Shown here piece by piece: positions 49,001 through 59,164 of a stretch of 64,000 bases of DNA. The notes under the pieces were generated by a model, which did not search any database, had not been told where the DNA came from, and saw only the letters and a program-made list of their open reading frames with translations. The stretch is from contig CM069147.1 of NCBI GenBank assembly GCA_035221665.1, forward strand, positions 25,854,001 to 25,918,000, written 5' to 3'. This DNA is from Okamejei kenojei (taxonomy: Eukaryota). Made by a program: the position numbers and the translations under genes. The number at the start of each line of letters is the position of its first letter. The stretch's first letter is position 1.

Positions 49001-51913
49001 ATGAATGATTGATGGGATTAAACAGCAAGAAATGTGAGGTGTTGCTTTTTGGAAAGTCTAACATAAGCAGGACCTACACAGTGAATGGTGTGGCTCTGGT
49101 GAGTGTTGTAGTGCAGACGGATCTAGGAGTGCAAGATACATAGTTCCTTGAAGATGCCATCTCAAGTAGATAGGGTGGTCAAAAAGGCTTTTGGCACATT
49201 GACCTTCATCAGTCAGAATATTGAGGATAAAAGTTGAGAGGCCTTGTTGCAGCTATATGATGGTACTGATTCTGGATGATCAGTCATGACCATATTGAAT
49301 GGCTGTGTTGGCTCGAAGGGCCGAATGGTCTACTCCTGCACCTATTTTCTATGTTTCTATTCAAGACGTTGGTGAGGCCACATTTAAGGTATCGAGTTCA
49401 GTTCTGGGCACCATGTTACAGTAAAGATGTCAAGTTGGAAAGGGTATAGAGAAGATTTACGAATATGTCACCAGGACTCGAGGGCCTGAGCTATAGGGAG
49501 AAGTTGAGCAGACTGGGACTCTATTCCATGGAGTGTAGGAGGATGAGGGGTGATCTTACTGATATGTATGAATTCATGAGATAAATAGATCTGGCAGACA
49601 CACAACGTATCTTGTCCAGAGTAGGGAAATGAAGAACCAGAGGACATAGGTTTAAGTTGAAAAGGGAAAGATTTAATAGGAATCTGAGGGGTAACCTTTC
49701 ACACAAAGGGTGTATGCAACGAGCTGCCATAGGAGGCAGTTGAGGCAAGTACTATCGCAATGTTTAGGAAACAGTTGACAGGTACATGGACAGGACAGGT
49801 ATAGAGGCTTTAGGCCAAACATAGGCAGGTGAGACTAGTGCAGATGAAACATGTTGGTCAGTGTGGGCAAGTTATCAATTACCTTCCTTCTATTATAAGG
49901 TCAGAGGTGGAGATGTGCATTGATGAGTTATCGATGATAGATGCCATTTGCTCCACTGACTGCATGCAGCAAGACCTAAACCCACCACATTCAGACACAA
50001 GTTATGAAGTACCATTGGCACAACAATAACGCCATGCACTGACTCAGCTCCAACAAGAGAGTCTTAACTATCTACGTCACTGCCTTACTCATCTCTCCAC
50101 CGGTCCTTCACACATTCACCACTCCCTCATTCCAAAACCACAACCCCATTCCTCAACACTCAACCATGCACCCCCACTGCCAGACCTTCCCCAGCAGCCT
50201 TTCTCCACCTCACATCCTCATCCTTCTCGCACATCCTAGATATCGACTCCAAACCATCTGCATTGACTCTCCACCATTGAGTGCCACCACAATCTGAACA
50301 GAACACTCAGCTTCAGTTTCCCCCAACCACTACCCACGTTTCGCCCCCACCACCTTCTCCCATTGTGATATCCAAGAAGACACCTTCAAACCATTCTTCC
50401 TCACCCAAGTCCATATTAGCTGACCTAATAATTCCTTAATTCCCATCCCCACCTGCCTCCACTACACCACCCCATCTGCCATCTCTCCCTCGATTTCCAC
50501 TCCATCCAACCAGACCCCCTCATCCATCCCCTCTCGCCACTGGGCCCTCCTCACTCTATACCCATCCGATCACCCACTCCTTCCACTCGGACCCCTATAT
50601 CCACTACCTTTACCCAGCCCCTCATCCTTGTAGCTGTCAGCTTGCCTCATAAATCCCCCATTCCTATCCCAACATTCTGCCTACTCTATACCACCCCTAC
50701 CTTTCCTTGGCCCTGACTTCCTATGCATCTTCTCCACACAACCTAGCCTTCTCTCTTTCTCCCTCCACCAAAACCCCCTCATCCTCCCCCAACCAGCTTC
50801 TTTCCTGACCCTCCCCTCACTGCTTCACTCCACCCCACTTACCCACACCCTTCCCCTAATCCCAACTCCTTCTCACTCAACCTGACCGCCTCACATGACT
50901 CCTCCCTCACTACCCAACCCACTAACCCTCTCCCTCCACCTGACCCCATCACCCTCCACCCAACGTCTTTGTTCATCTCCCTCCACCCAACCTCCTCTGC
51001 CCTCTTCCTCTAGCCCAGCCACCTTCACTGTCTCCTTCCGTCCAGCCTTCACCCACTCCTTCCCACCATCCACCCTCCACCTAATGCACACATCCCAATT
51101 CACCTCCTTCCACTCACCTCACCCTCAACCTGCGCAAACCCCAACACCCTCTCCCTCCACCTTCTCTCTTTACCCGACCCACCTCACCCACTTTCTCCAC
51201 CCGACTGACCTCACCCTCTTCCTCCATCTAACTACATTCCACTTTTACTCCACAGGAAGCCCTTCACCCAACCTCCTCGCCCCCTACTCCCAATGTCTAC
51301 CTCCACACTCCCCTTGGCGATATCTTTCCCCTTCACTTGCCCCCTCATCCTCTAACCCTACTTGACACCAACGCTCAACCTACTCCAATTCCACCCGATT
51401 TCCCTCATCCACCACCAGTCCCATCCTCTCAGCCATTCCCTCCACCCAAACCCTCACCCATTCCCCCCACCTGATGCCCCTCACACACTCCCTCCATCTG
51501 GCCGCCCTCAACTTCCACCCTGTCCTCTACGTTCTTCTCCCTCCATGACCTCCCTTCCCCACTTCCACCTAACCGCCACCGACCTCCAATTCCTTCGCCC
51601 TGGTCTCTCAACCATACTTCTCCCCTCTCCTTCACCAGAACCACCCCTACGAAACCCCCCTTCCCCATCCCCCTATGAAACCCCCTTTCCCCTCCACCCA
51701 TCTCTCCCCCCCTCCCCTTCCTCCTCCAACCAGATCTTCATCCCACCTCTCTCTCCCCCCCTCCACCCCCCCTCCCCCAACACCCTTCACCATCAGACAC
51801 ACATTCCACTCCATCCGACCTTCCACCAGACCACACCCCCTCTACTCAATCCGATCCCTTCCCCCTCCACTCACCGGCAGGCCGCAGACGGCCGTCTCCG
51901 GTCGCTCAATCAT
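28007..51913 (-). CDS. SEPTIN7: Septin-7-like GTPase (SEPT7 subgroup, sept15-type paralogue), 13 exons, 1293 nt / 430 aa
   Basis: All 13 exons have GT-AG boundaries and keep the frame; P-loop [23 protein letters not shown], coiled-coil C-terminus ending KNKKKGKIF*. Confidence 0.96.
28416..28561 (-). CDS. SEPTIN7: Septin exon 12 ([49 protein letters not shown])
   Basis: 146 nt, donor GTTAGT. Confidence 0.95.
29015..29150 (-). CDS. SEPTIN7: Septin exon 11 ([45 protein letters not shown])
   Basis: 136 nt, coiled coil. Confidence 0.96.
30060..30547. mobile_element. PIF/Harbinger-type MITE
   Basis: ~27-bp TIR GGGGC(C)TGTCCCACTTGGGCGACCTAAT, TTA on both flanks, internal GACTAC-type microrepeats. 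Confidence 0.85.
30551..31455 (-). mobile_element. Degenerate CR1 fragments
   Basis: [19 protein letters not shown]. Confidence 0.65.
31460..32030 (-). mobile_element. Degenerate Penelope 3' end fragment
   Basis: Tail unit, poly-G tracts and endonuclease C-terminal remnant. Confidence 0.65.
32170..33100 (+). mobile_element. Degenerate Rex1-type LINE fragment
   Basis: Similarity to the 1490-2455 pattern (WC..NNLVLN..KIKKL). Confidence 0.55.
33240..33672. mobile_element. CR1 RT fragments in opposite orientations
   Basis: [26 protein letters not shown] (-) and VPQG..LGPL (+). Confidence 0.75.
33916..34041 (-). CDS. SEPTIN7: Septin exon 10 ([42 protein letters not shown])
   Basis: 126 nt, AG/GT boundaries. 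Confidence 0.95.
34989..35040 (-). CDS. SEPTIN7: Septin exon 9 ([18 protein letters not shown])
   Basis: 52 nt, AG/GT boundaries. Confidence 0.95.
35265..35362. repeat. Compound (TA)n/(CA)n microsatellite
   Basis: Direct reading. Confidence 0.9.
35802..35898 (-). CDS. SEPTIN7: Septin exon 8 ([32 protein letters not shown])
   Basis: 97 nt, septin unique element. Confidence 0.95.
38796..38888 (-). CDS. SEPTIN7: Septin exon 7 ([31 protein letters not shown])
   Basis: 93 nt, AG/GT boundaries. Confidence 0.95.
39085..39435 (-). mobile_element. Degenerate Penelope 3' end fragment
   Basis: CACAAAAAGCTGG...CTTCTTCAG tail and endonuclease C-terminal remnant. Confidence 0.65.
39440..39612. repeat. 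Degenerate ~35-nt tandem repeat
   Basis: Recurrent TACAGTGACCAC..GGAACAGACCCTGG. Confidence 0.65.
39651..39768 (-). CDS. SEPTIN7: Septin exon 6 ([39 protein letters not shown])
   Basis: 118 nt, G4 motif AKAD. Confidence 0.96.
40065..40175. repeat. ~33-nt tandem repeat, about three copies
   Basis: GAGGCCGGGAGTAGGGCCCAGCTGTGGA-like units. Confidence 0.65.
40355..41040. mobile_element. Fragment of a non-autonomous DNA transposon, interrupted by an assembly gap
   Basis: CpG-rich; shares a TTTTTCAACATGGTGAAAAA-like motif with the 30.06-kb MITE; TIRs not seen. Confidence 0.4.
40859..40988. other. Assembly gap
   Basis: N run. Confidence 1.
41049..41183 (-). CDS. SEPTIN7: Septin exon 5 ([45 protein letters not shown])
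   Basis: 135 nt, AG/GT boundaries. Confidence 0.96.
41268..41593 (-). mobile_element. HE1-type V-SINE
   Basis: Same core, reverse orientation. Confidence 0.8.
41684..41784 (-). CDS. SEPTIN7: Septin exon 4 ([34 protein letters not shown])
   Basis: 101 nt, G3 motif DTPG. Confidence 0.96.
42404..42628. mobile_element. Palindromic non-autonomous Penelope-tail element with two head-to-head hammerhead cores
   Basis: Perfect inverted repeat 42404-42498 / 42500-42594; TSD TCTAATCCTCAT(GA) at 42392 and 42629; sequence matches the Penelope 3' tail at 23306-23430. Confidence 0.92.
42500..42527 (+). ncRNA. Minimal type-I hammerhead ribozyme core (mirror copy on - strand at 42471-42498)
   Basis: CTGAAGA-A-GGGT(CTCG)ACCC-GAAACGTC; stem I is weak, activity untested. 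Confidence 0.6.
43313..43419 (-). CDS. SEPTIN7: Septin exon 3 ([35 protein letters not shown])
   Basis: 107 nt, P-loop. Confidence 0.96.
43905..44280. mobile_element. GC-rich insertion (possible Tc1/pogo-type MITE) inside a CR1 fragment
   Basis: Begins TA|CAGGTCCCC; interrupts CR1 sequence that resumes at ~44300. Confidence 0.4.
44622..44920 (+). mobile_element. HE1-type V-SINE, near full length
   Basis: tRNA-like head, V core, CR1-like tail GGCCTGTTTCCGCGCTATATCTCTAAAC. Confidence 0.88.
45830..47560 (-). mobile_element. Old L2/Crack-like LINE remnant with small CR1 and Penelope insertions
   Basis: ALNIKAAFD-like RT motif near 46965-46995; FADD-like motif near 46615. Confidence 0.5.
46862..46950 (-). 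mobile_element. Penelope-tail unit
   Basis: AAAAGCTGGAGTAACTCAG...GGGTCAAGACCCTTCTTCA. Confidence 0.65.
47698..47800 (-). CDS. SEPTIN7: Septin exon 2 ([35 protein letters not shown])
   Basis: 103 nt, AG/GT boundaries, SEPT7 polybasic region. Confidence 0.96.
48650..49872 (+). mobile_element. CR1 RT and 3' end with a nested CR1 tail (~49262-49360)
   Basis: [19 protein letters not shown]. Confidence 0.85.
50050..51870. repeat. Low-complexity C-rich, G-poor tract at the 5' end of septin intron 1
   Basis: About 1.8 kb of CCC/CCT/CAC-rich sequence. Confidence 0.85.
51875..51913 (-). CDS. SEPTIN7: Septin exon 1 ([13 protein letters not shown])
   Basis: ATG inside the CpG island, donor GTGAGT, phase 0 matches exon 2. 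Confidence 0.85.
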
Positions 51914-52340
51914 GACCGGTGGAAGTGATGGGGCCCGGAACTGCGGCGATAGGCGGATTGGCTGCAGCCGGCGCGGCCTCTGTCTCCGGGGCTCGGGATC
52001 CTGCTCGTGCGCGCGCTCCGCTGCCTACACCACACCCGGCGCGCCCCCGCACCAGCTGACACACGCAACTGATCTCTCGCGTTCCCGAAACTAAACACTC
52101 GCCAGCGCGCGTCCACCCTGCCTAACCGCCTCTTCGCGCGTCCACCCTGCCTGTGCGCGTGCGCGCGCTGCTCTACCCCGCCCCTTGGCTCCAGCCAGGA
52201 CTCGCCATCATCCCATTGGCTCACAAACCTACGCCGCGCCTCTCCTGACATCAGCAAGGCAGCGTGCTCCTGATTGGCTGAAGCTCCCCCCCCCCCGGGT
52301 TTTGCCAGCAGAGCTGTAACTGTCGAGTGTCCCCACTCGC
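51875..52340 (-). promoter_or_regulatory. CpG-island, TATA-less promoter and 5' UTR of the septin gene
   Basis: CpG-dense; three CCAAT boxes (ATTGG near 51957, 52214, 52273), GC box CCCCGCCCC (~52176), NRF1-like GCGCGTGCGC (~52155), ETS GGAAGTG (~51921). Confidence 0.75.
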
Positions 52341-52354
52341 AGTTGCACGGAAAC

Positions 52355-52628
52355 ATATTTAAAATAGGTGCTGGAGTAGACCATTCGGCCCTTCGAGCCA
52401 GCACCGCCATTCAATATGATCATGGCTGATCATCCAAAATCTGTACCCCGTTCCGGATTTTCCCCCATATCCATCCCTTGATTCCCTTACAGCCCTAACT
52501 GCTAAATCGATGTCTCTCTTGAAAACATCCAGTGAATTGGCCTCCGCTGCCTTCTGTGGCAGAGAATTCCACAGATTCACAACTCTCTGGGTGAAAACGT
52601 TTTTCCTCATCTCAGTCCTAAATGGCCT
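52355..52628 (-). mobile_element. CR1 3' end abutting the septin promoter
   Basis: RKNVFTQRVVNLWNSLP. Confidence 0.85.
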
Positions 52629-53860
52629 TGTACGGGCATATAGTGATGGCCCTGTTAATATCGAACCCTCGCGATTAGCTGGCGCGGGTCACATGAGCGC
52701 GGGAGCTTTTTCGCGGGTTTTTCTGTTAACCACTCATTCCAGCATCACGCGAATAGAATAAGCATCGTTTATATTTGGCTGTCAAACTCGACTCGGGTGA
52801 CAACTTTATTCTCGTTTTAAAATAAAGAAATTTGTATACCCTACCATCTCGACTTGCCAAACTGGTGACCCCGCTAGTCCGATCGGAATTCAGACTCTCG
52901 ACATGCAAGCCGCCGCCATCCCCGATGCCCTGCAAAACGCTGTGGGCCTCAAACTGCCCGTTTCCTGGGCCGAACAGCCTCAGGTGTGGTTTGCCCACAT
53001 AGAGGCCCAGTTCCACCTTCGGAATATCGTGGTCGACGACACCCGCTATTTTTACGTCGCTGGGGCACTCAACCAAGAGAAGGCTATGCGGTGGCTGCCG
53101 TACCTACAAGACCCACCGGCGATCGGCAAGTACGAGGGCCTCAATGCCCTACGGAGCAGTAGGGCTCAACCACCGAGAAGTATCTTCGGGCTCAACCGCC
53201 GAGATCGCTCCGCCCGCCTGCTCCACATGGACGGCCTAGGTGATTGGAAACCATCCGCCTTGATCGCGTTGATGGACGGCCATCGACCCTGCCTGCTTTT
53301 CGAGTAGGCGTATCTCAAACAAATGCCTCAAACGACATCAGCTTGCTGCTCGCCCGGTCTGACTTCACAGACCCTATGCAGCTCGCAGAGTGGGCCGACG
53401 AATTGTGGCTCGCGAAACAGCAGGACGTCGGGTCCATCAACCGGGTGTCCGAGCCCGCAAGCCAGCAGCCCCGCAGAGATGCCCAGCCCTCCGCTGCCAT
53501 CACCGGGGTAAGCGGCAGTGGTGTTTCTACCACCTCCGCTGGGGCGCAGAGACCCGCCGATGCCGCCCCCCACTGCACGTTTACGGGAAACACCTCGGCC
53601 GATCGTTAGTAGGGCCTATCGCGATCGGCCAAAACAACCGCCTTTACGTGCGAGACCAGCATTCTGGACTTCGTTTCCTGGTCGACTCCGGGGCCATCGT
53701 CAGCATCCTCCCCCCGACTGGGCTGGACAACCGTGCTGGTAAGCGAGGCCCTGTCCTGACTGCGGTCAACCTCAGAAACCATCCGCACCTCCAGCACGTG
53801 GACCCTATCCCTAACCTTCGACTCCCAACCATATGAATGGACCTTTATCGTCGCGGACGT
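52629..53860 (+). mobile_element. Ty3/Gypsy LTR retrotransposon (CsRn1/Kabuki-like), 5' part only: LTR, tRNA-Trp PBS, gag, protease
   Basis: ~230-bp LTR with AATAAA (52821), PBS TGGTGACCCCG at 52863-52873, gag AVGLKLP..W..WFAHIEAQF, CHCC-type motif WCFYHLRWG..RRCRPP, protease FLVDSGA; stops and frameshifts. Confidence 0.88.
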
Positions 53861-54038
53861 GGAAAGAAACTGCAGATGCTGGTTTACACCGAAGATAGAT
53901 GCAAAAAGCTGGAGTAACTCAGAGGTCGGTGGGGCTGCTGCGAGATGGCTGCCCTGCCAGCATCGTGTTTGTCATTTCTACTTTTTTGGAGTGTCTAGTG
54001 TCAGTTTGCGTGTCTCTCGGTGTGTCTTATGTGGGGGG

Positions 54039-54069
<31 letters not shown>

Positions 54070-54204
54070 AGAGGGGAAAGGGGGAAACCGCTTTTGGCCG
54101 CCTCCTCCAGGGAGAGGCGACATTTTCCATGTCGCCTCCCTCGTGGTCTAACACCATGGATTGGAGCGGCCTTTCCCGGAGTCGGGTCCGGTGCATCGGC
54201 AGCA

Positions 54205-55245
54205 GGCGTAGGGATTAACGGGTTTCTTTCTGAATGGCAGGCAGTGACTACTGAGGTACCGCAAGGCTCTGTGCTGGGACCGCAGCTATTTACAATATAT
54301 ATTTATAGATGATGAAATTACAAGTAACATTAGCAAATTTGCAGATGACACAGAAGTGGGTGGTAGTGTGAACTGTGAGGAGGATGCTATGAGAATGCAG
54401 GGTGACTTGGACAGGTTGGGTGAGTGGGCAGATGTATGGCAGATGCAATTTAATGTGGATAAATGTGTGGTTATTCACTTTGGTAGCAAAAGCAGGAAGG
54501 AAGATTATTATCTAAATGTTGTCAAATTGGGAAAAGGGGAAGTACAACGTGATCTGGGGGGGGGTCCTTGTTCATCAGTCAATGAAAGTAAGCATGCAGG
54601 TACAGCAGGCCATGAAGATAGCGAATGGCATGTTGGCCTTCATAACATGAGGAGTTGAGTATAGGAGGAAAGAGGTTCTTCTGCAGTTGTACAGGGCCCT
54701 AGTGAGACCACACCTGGAGTATTGTGTGCAATTTTGATCTCCAAATTTGAGGAAGGACATTCTTGTTATTGAGGGAGTGCAGTGAAGGTTCACAAGGTTA
54801 ATTCCCGGGATGGCGGGACAGTATGCTGAGAGAATGGAGCGGTTGGGCTTGTATACTCTGGAATTTAGAAGGATGAGAGGGGATCTTATTAAGGGTTTGG
54901 ACACTCTAGAGGCAGGAAACATGTTCCCGATGTTAGGGGAGCCCAGAACCAGGGGCCACAATTTAATAATAAGGGGTAAGCCATTTAGAACGGAGATGAG
55001 GAAACACTTCTTCACACAGAGAGTTGTGAGTCTGTGGAATTCTCTGCCTCGGGAGGCGGTGGAAGTCGGTTCTCTGGATACTTTCAAGAAAGAGCTAGAT
55101 AGGGCTCTTGAACATAGTGGAGTCGGAGGATATAGGGAGAAGACAAGAATGGGGTAGTGATTGTGGATGATCAACCATGATCACATTGAATGGCGGTGCT
55201 GGCTTGAAGGGCCGAATTGCCTACTCCTGCACTTATTGTCTATAA
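54205..55245 (+). mobile_element. CR1 RT and 3' end
   Basis: VPQGSVLGPQLF, KFADDT, FFTQRVVSLWNSLP. Confidence 0.9.
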
Positions 55246-56424
55246 TTTCCCAACGTTTGTACTCAATACCCTTCCCAATGAAGACAAGCATGCCAATTCA
55301 ATATGATCATAGTTGATCATCCAAAATCAGTACTGGTTCTTTAATTTTCCCCATATCCCTTCATTCCGTTAGATTTTAGGTGTCATCTGCTTATTTAGTA
55401 ACAATGCTAACGTTCAGAGTAATTGAATACATCATATTTATAAACGACACTGATAAATCTGATTGCTGCCAACAATGCATCATTTAATATTCACTCCAAA
55501 AAAACAGAACTAAAACCATCATGGGGTTACACTTATCGTTCACAAATTTTCTTAACCAGAAGCAGAGTTAGAAATTCTTCAGTAATTCAGATTTAAGTTA
55601 CTGGAGTAGCTTTTTTATTCTCCGAACTTTAATCCAGAGGAAAGCTTAAGGTAGACGGGATGAAAATGGAGTTTTGGATTGCGTGAAAAGGAAGATTTAA
55701 AAAAAATCAAGGTCCAATGGGGATTCAGAGTAATGAGAAGACATCACCAGGCAAACAAAAGAATGTCTCAAGATCGTGCACAAAGCCATAAGGAAATGCA
55801 ATATCATCACTATTGGAAAAGCAACATTTTGACTGGTATTCAGTCATGTATAGGGACCATACAGCAACACTGGAAGGTGCCCAATCCATTTTTTAATTCT
55901 CCTCTCCAATACTGCCCCAACCACAGATTTTACCATTTGCCTGCAAATCAGCAAAAATTTCCGACTGAGAATTAACTGACCAGTCCACACATTGTTTGGG
56001 ATGCGGGTGGAAACAGGTGAGCCAGGTGGAAACAGGTGAACCCGGTGGAACCCATGCATTTACAAGGAAACCGTGCAAACAATCAAATCTGGATATCTGG
56101 CATTGCCTGCCTGGGTGGCACTCGGGACTTAGGATTTTGTTTTGTTATTGCACCATATTAGGCATTTTCATTCTTTTTATTCCATCCCCATGGATGGAAC
56201 CCATGTTTCCTTCCCTCCACACCTTGGCTTCTGTGTCTTTTTTGATGTAATATTATAAATATAAAATCATTTATTAAAATATAAAGCAAAATAGATTCAA
56301 GAATATATTTTTGAACACAATATTGTTAAATAGCAAGGAGAATTAACATTTTTTGTCTAACAAGAACTATATATCAGTTACATTTCCTGTAAAAAAAAAT
56401 CTATTGTCTTTTAACATGGACTTC

Positions 56425-56519
56425 TCAATCTAGTCCGAACTCAATGTCCTCAATGTTGATACGTCCTAGTTCCATATTTGCTAATTCTTCTTGAATTTGT
56501 TGATCTTTTGGGTCAGGTT
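56425..56519 (-). CDS. Probable last coding exon of an unidentified upstream gene (...PDPKDQQIQEELANMELGRINIEDIEFGLD*)
   Basis: Acceptor ATCTTTTTAG|, protein-like acidic C-terminus, TGA, AT-rich 3' UTR with AATAAA at 56275-56270. Confidence 0.6.
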
Positions 56520-57589
56520 CTAAAAAGATGAATTAAAAATAAAATGATGAAAGAGATTTCCACCTTAGATATCTACACTGCAAGATCAGATTCACATCAG
56601 ATCAGGAAATTGAGGGCAAATACCTGAATGATTATTTTCTTTACATACCATCCTTGTTTATATTTGTACAATTCTATCTACATGTGATGCGCTATGGTTT
56701 ACAATAAAGGATGTGTAGCAAGCTAGTGAGAATGATTGCAGCTTAATTAAGATACATTTAAAGTTGATACTTTCTGACTATAAATAGTACAATACAAAAA
56801 TATGTTATTCAGCCCACAATGTAGTGCTGAACATGAATCCAAGTTAAGCTAATCACCTCAGCCTGCATGTTATCGATATCCCTTCATTTCCTGCATATCC
56901 ATACATCTATGGAAGATGTGACCTGACGTGCAGAAAGCTATGCTGGCGATCCCTAATTTCCACATTCTGTTGCATATGGAAGTAAATCCTATCCTGATAA
57001 ATCCACTCCAACAGCTTCACTACCACTGATGTGAGGCTCACCAACCTATAATTTCCAGGACAATGTCTACTTCCCTCCTTAAACAATGGAATAGCACATT
57101 AGCCAGTCCTCCGGGAGCTTGCTTGTGGTTAGTGAAGAGACAAAGATCTTCATCAATGCACTTGCAATCTCCTCTTTTGGCTCTTTAACTAACCAAGATA
57201 GATCCCTCAAGGACAGAGATTTATCCACTTAATGCTCTGTAAGAGCCCCAATATCACCTCTTTCTATATCTCAAACTGCCCCAGTATATTAGTATAACCC
57301 ACCCTGATCTTCCTGCCTCAATGTCCTACACCTCTGACTCCAAGCATGAATTCTCTCCTTTACAGTTGAGCAGTCCTACCTTCTCTCTGATTACCTTCTT
57401 GTTTTATTGTTACATGTGTTATTATTGTATGTATACTGATTACACTGTGAGCTTCATGTGATCAATGAATTTCACTGCACCCTGATGTTTATGACAATAA
57501 ACAAATATAAGCATATTCTGTTAGGTACCAATAACCAAATAATCCGCCTTTGTATTTTAATAAGTAATTATCACAAACTAGAGTGGAAC

Positions 57590-57875
57590 AGTGAGTAGAG
57601 CTGCTGTCTCAATCCTGACCGTGAGTACGGTCTGTGCAGAGTTTTCACGTTCTTCCTCTGACTGTGTAGTTTCGTCCGACGTCCCAAAGATGTGCAGATT
57701 GATAGGTTAAATGACCACTAGAAAATGATCATTGCATACAGCTGACTGATATAATCAGTGGGTTGATGGGAATGTGGGAAAAATAAAAGGGGATTAGCAC
57801 AGGATTTGGGTAAATGAGTAGCTGCTGATTGGCACAGACACAGCCTGCCAAAGGGACTGTTTCCATGCTAAGCTC
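57590..57875 (+). mobile_element. Degenerate V-SINE
   Basis: Partial head, core and tail. Confidence 0.55.
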
Positions 57876-58204
57876 TCAGGAAATGAAGGTCTATGCTGTC
57901 TCTCAGAGAAATCATGTCAATTCCATTTCTTAGTTTATCTCCGTTACATTTTCTCTTTCACACACCCAACACCTCCCCCCTGCTTCCCCAGACGCCCTAA
58001 TCACCCCGGTAAAATCCACATGAACAAGGAGAGAATGTGCAAATTTGTCAACAAAGGTTAGGACTGAACCCAGGTTGCTCAAACACTAGACAGCAACACT
58101 ACCAGTTGGGCTCTTAACACCAAACTGAGTACTCCTGGAATAGACAAATAAATTAAGAGATAACAGGAACCTCATGTCATGCTTGTCCAATGAAATGTTG
58201 GTGG

Positions 58205-58600
58205 AACCTCACTCGGAAGGTTCATCAGTCAACGGGGTCTCGTCCAAAGGCTCGTCGGGGCCTGCTCGAAGGCTTATCGGTCGGCGGAACCGGTAACCCG
58301 TCCAAAGGCTCATCACGGGCTGCCCAAAGACTCGTTGGTCAACGTAACCGATAACATACCCGAAGGCTCGTCAGATGACGGGACCGGGAATCCACCTGCA
58401 GGATTGTCAGCCGGTATGACCTGCCTGAAGGCTCGTTGGTGGATGGGACCGGAAACAGACTCGAAGGCTCATCAGGCGGCAGGACTGGGAACCCTCCCTG
58501 AAGGCTCGTTGGACGGCGGAACTGGGAACCCACCAACAGGATTGCTGGACGGTGGGACTAGTAACCTGCCCAAAGGCTCATCGAATGGCGTAATTGGAAG
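58205..58600. repeat. Degenerate minisatellite, ~36-nt unit with shorter variants
   Basis: Recurrent (C/A)GAAGGCTC(G/A)TC...GG(G/A)ACCGG(G/T)AAC. Confidence 0.75.
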
Positions 58601-59164
58601 CAAGCTGGAGACGTTGGACGTGAGGAGCAATGATCGGTAGGAGGGTGAACTGGGGTGATGCCTCCAGTCCCTTCAAGGTCTGCTGCAGGAGGCGCCCCAG
58701 GACACAAAGATGGCTGGGCGAGGCAAGTAGAGAAGAGGAGACGTCAGTTCACGAGAACTGTTCCAGTGCATCGAACACGCTACCTGACTGGACTTTGAAT
58801 AATGGTGCTAAAAATGGTGGTGCCAGCATATGTTGTATACGCAAAGAGAATTTCACTGTGCAGTGGCATACATGACAAATAAAGCACCATTGAACTATCG
58901 AAAGGAGGTGGTACATATTTTGTTCTCCATGCTTTACAGGAAACCACCTTGTGAGCAGTGAATAGCGTTGCTGTTGTGGCCTCGACGAGGTCAGGAAAAG
59001 GCCAGACGCAAGATAGGTTTAAACAGTAGTCCTTTAATCCCTACAGCTAGAGCACACCACACCCACTGAGAGCACACACCCAGGGATGGTCTGGAAACCC
59101 TGTGGCAGACCAATGCCCCTGTCACTCAATTGGCAAGGGGGATGATCCAAGGCATGGCCTACCC

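Noticed and set aside
50895-52094. Pro/Ser/His-rich ORFs of 139-188 aa
   Set aside because: Artefacts of the C-rich low-complexity tract
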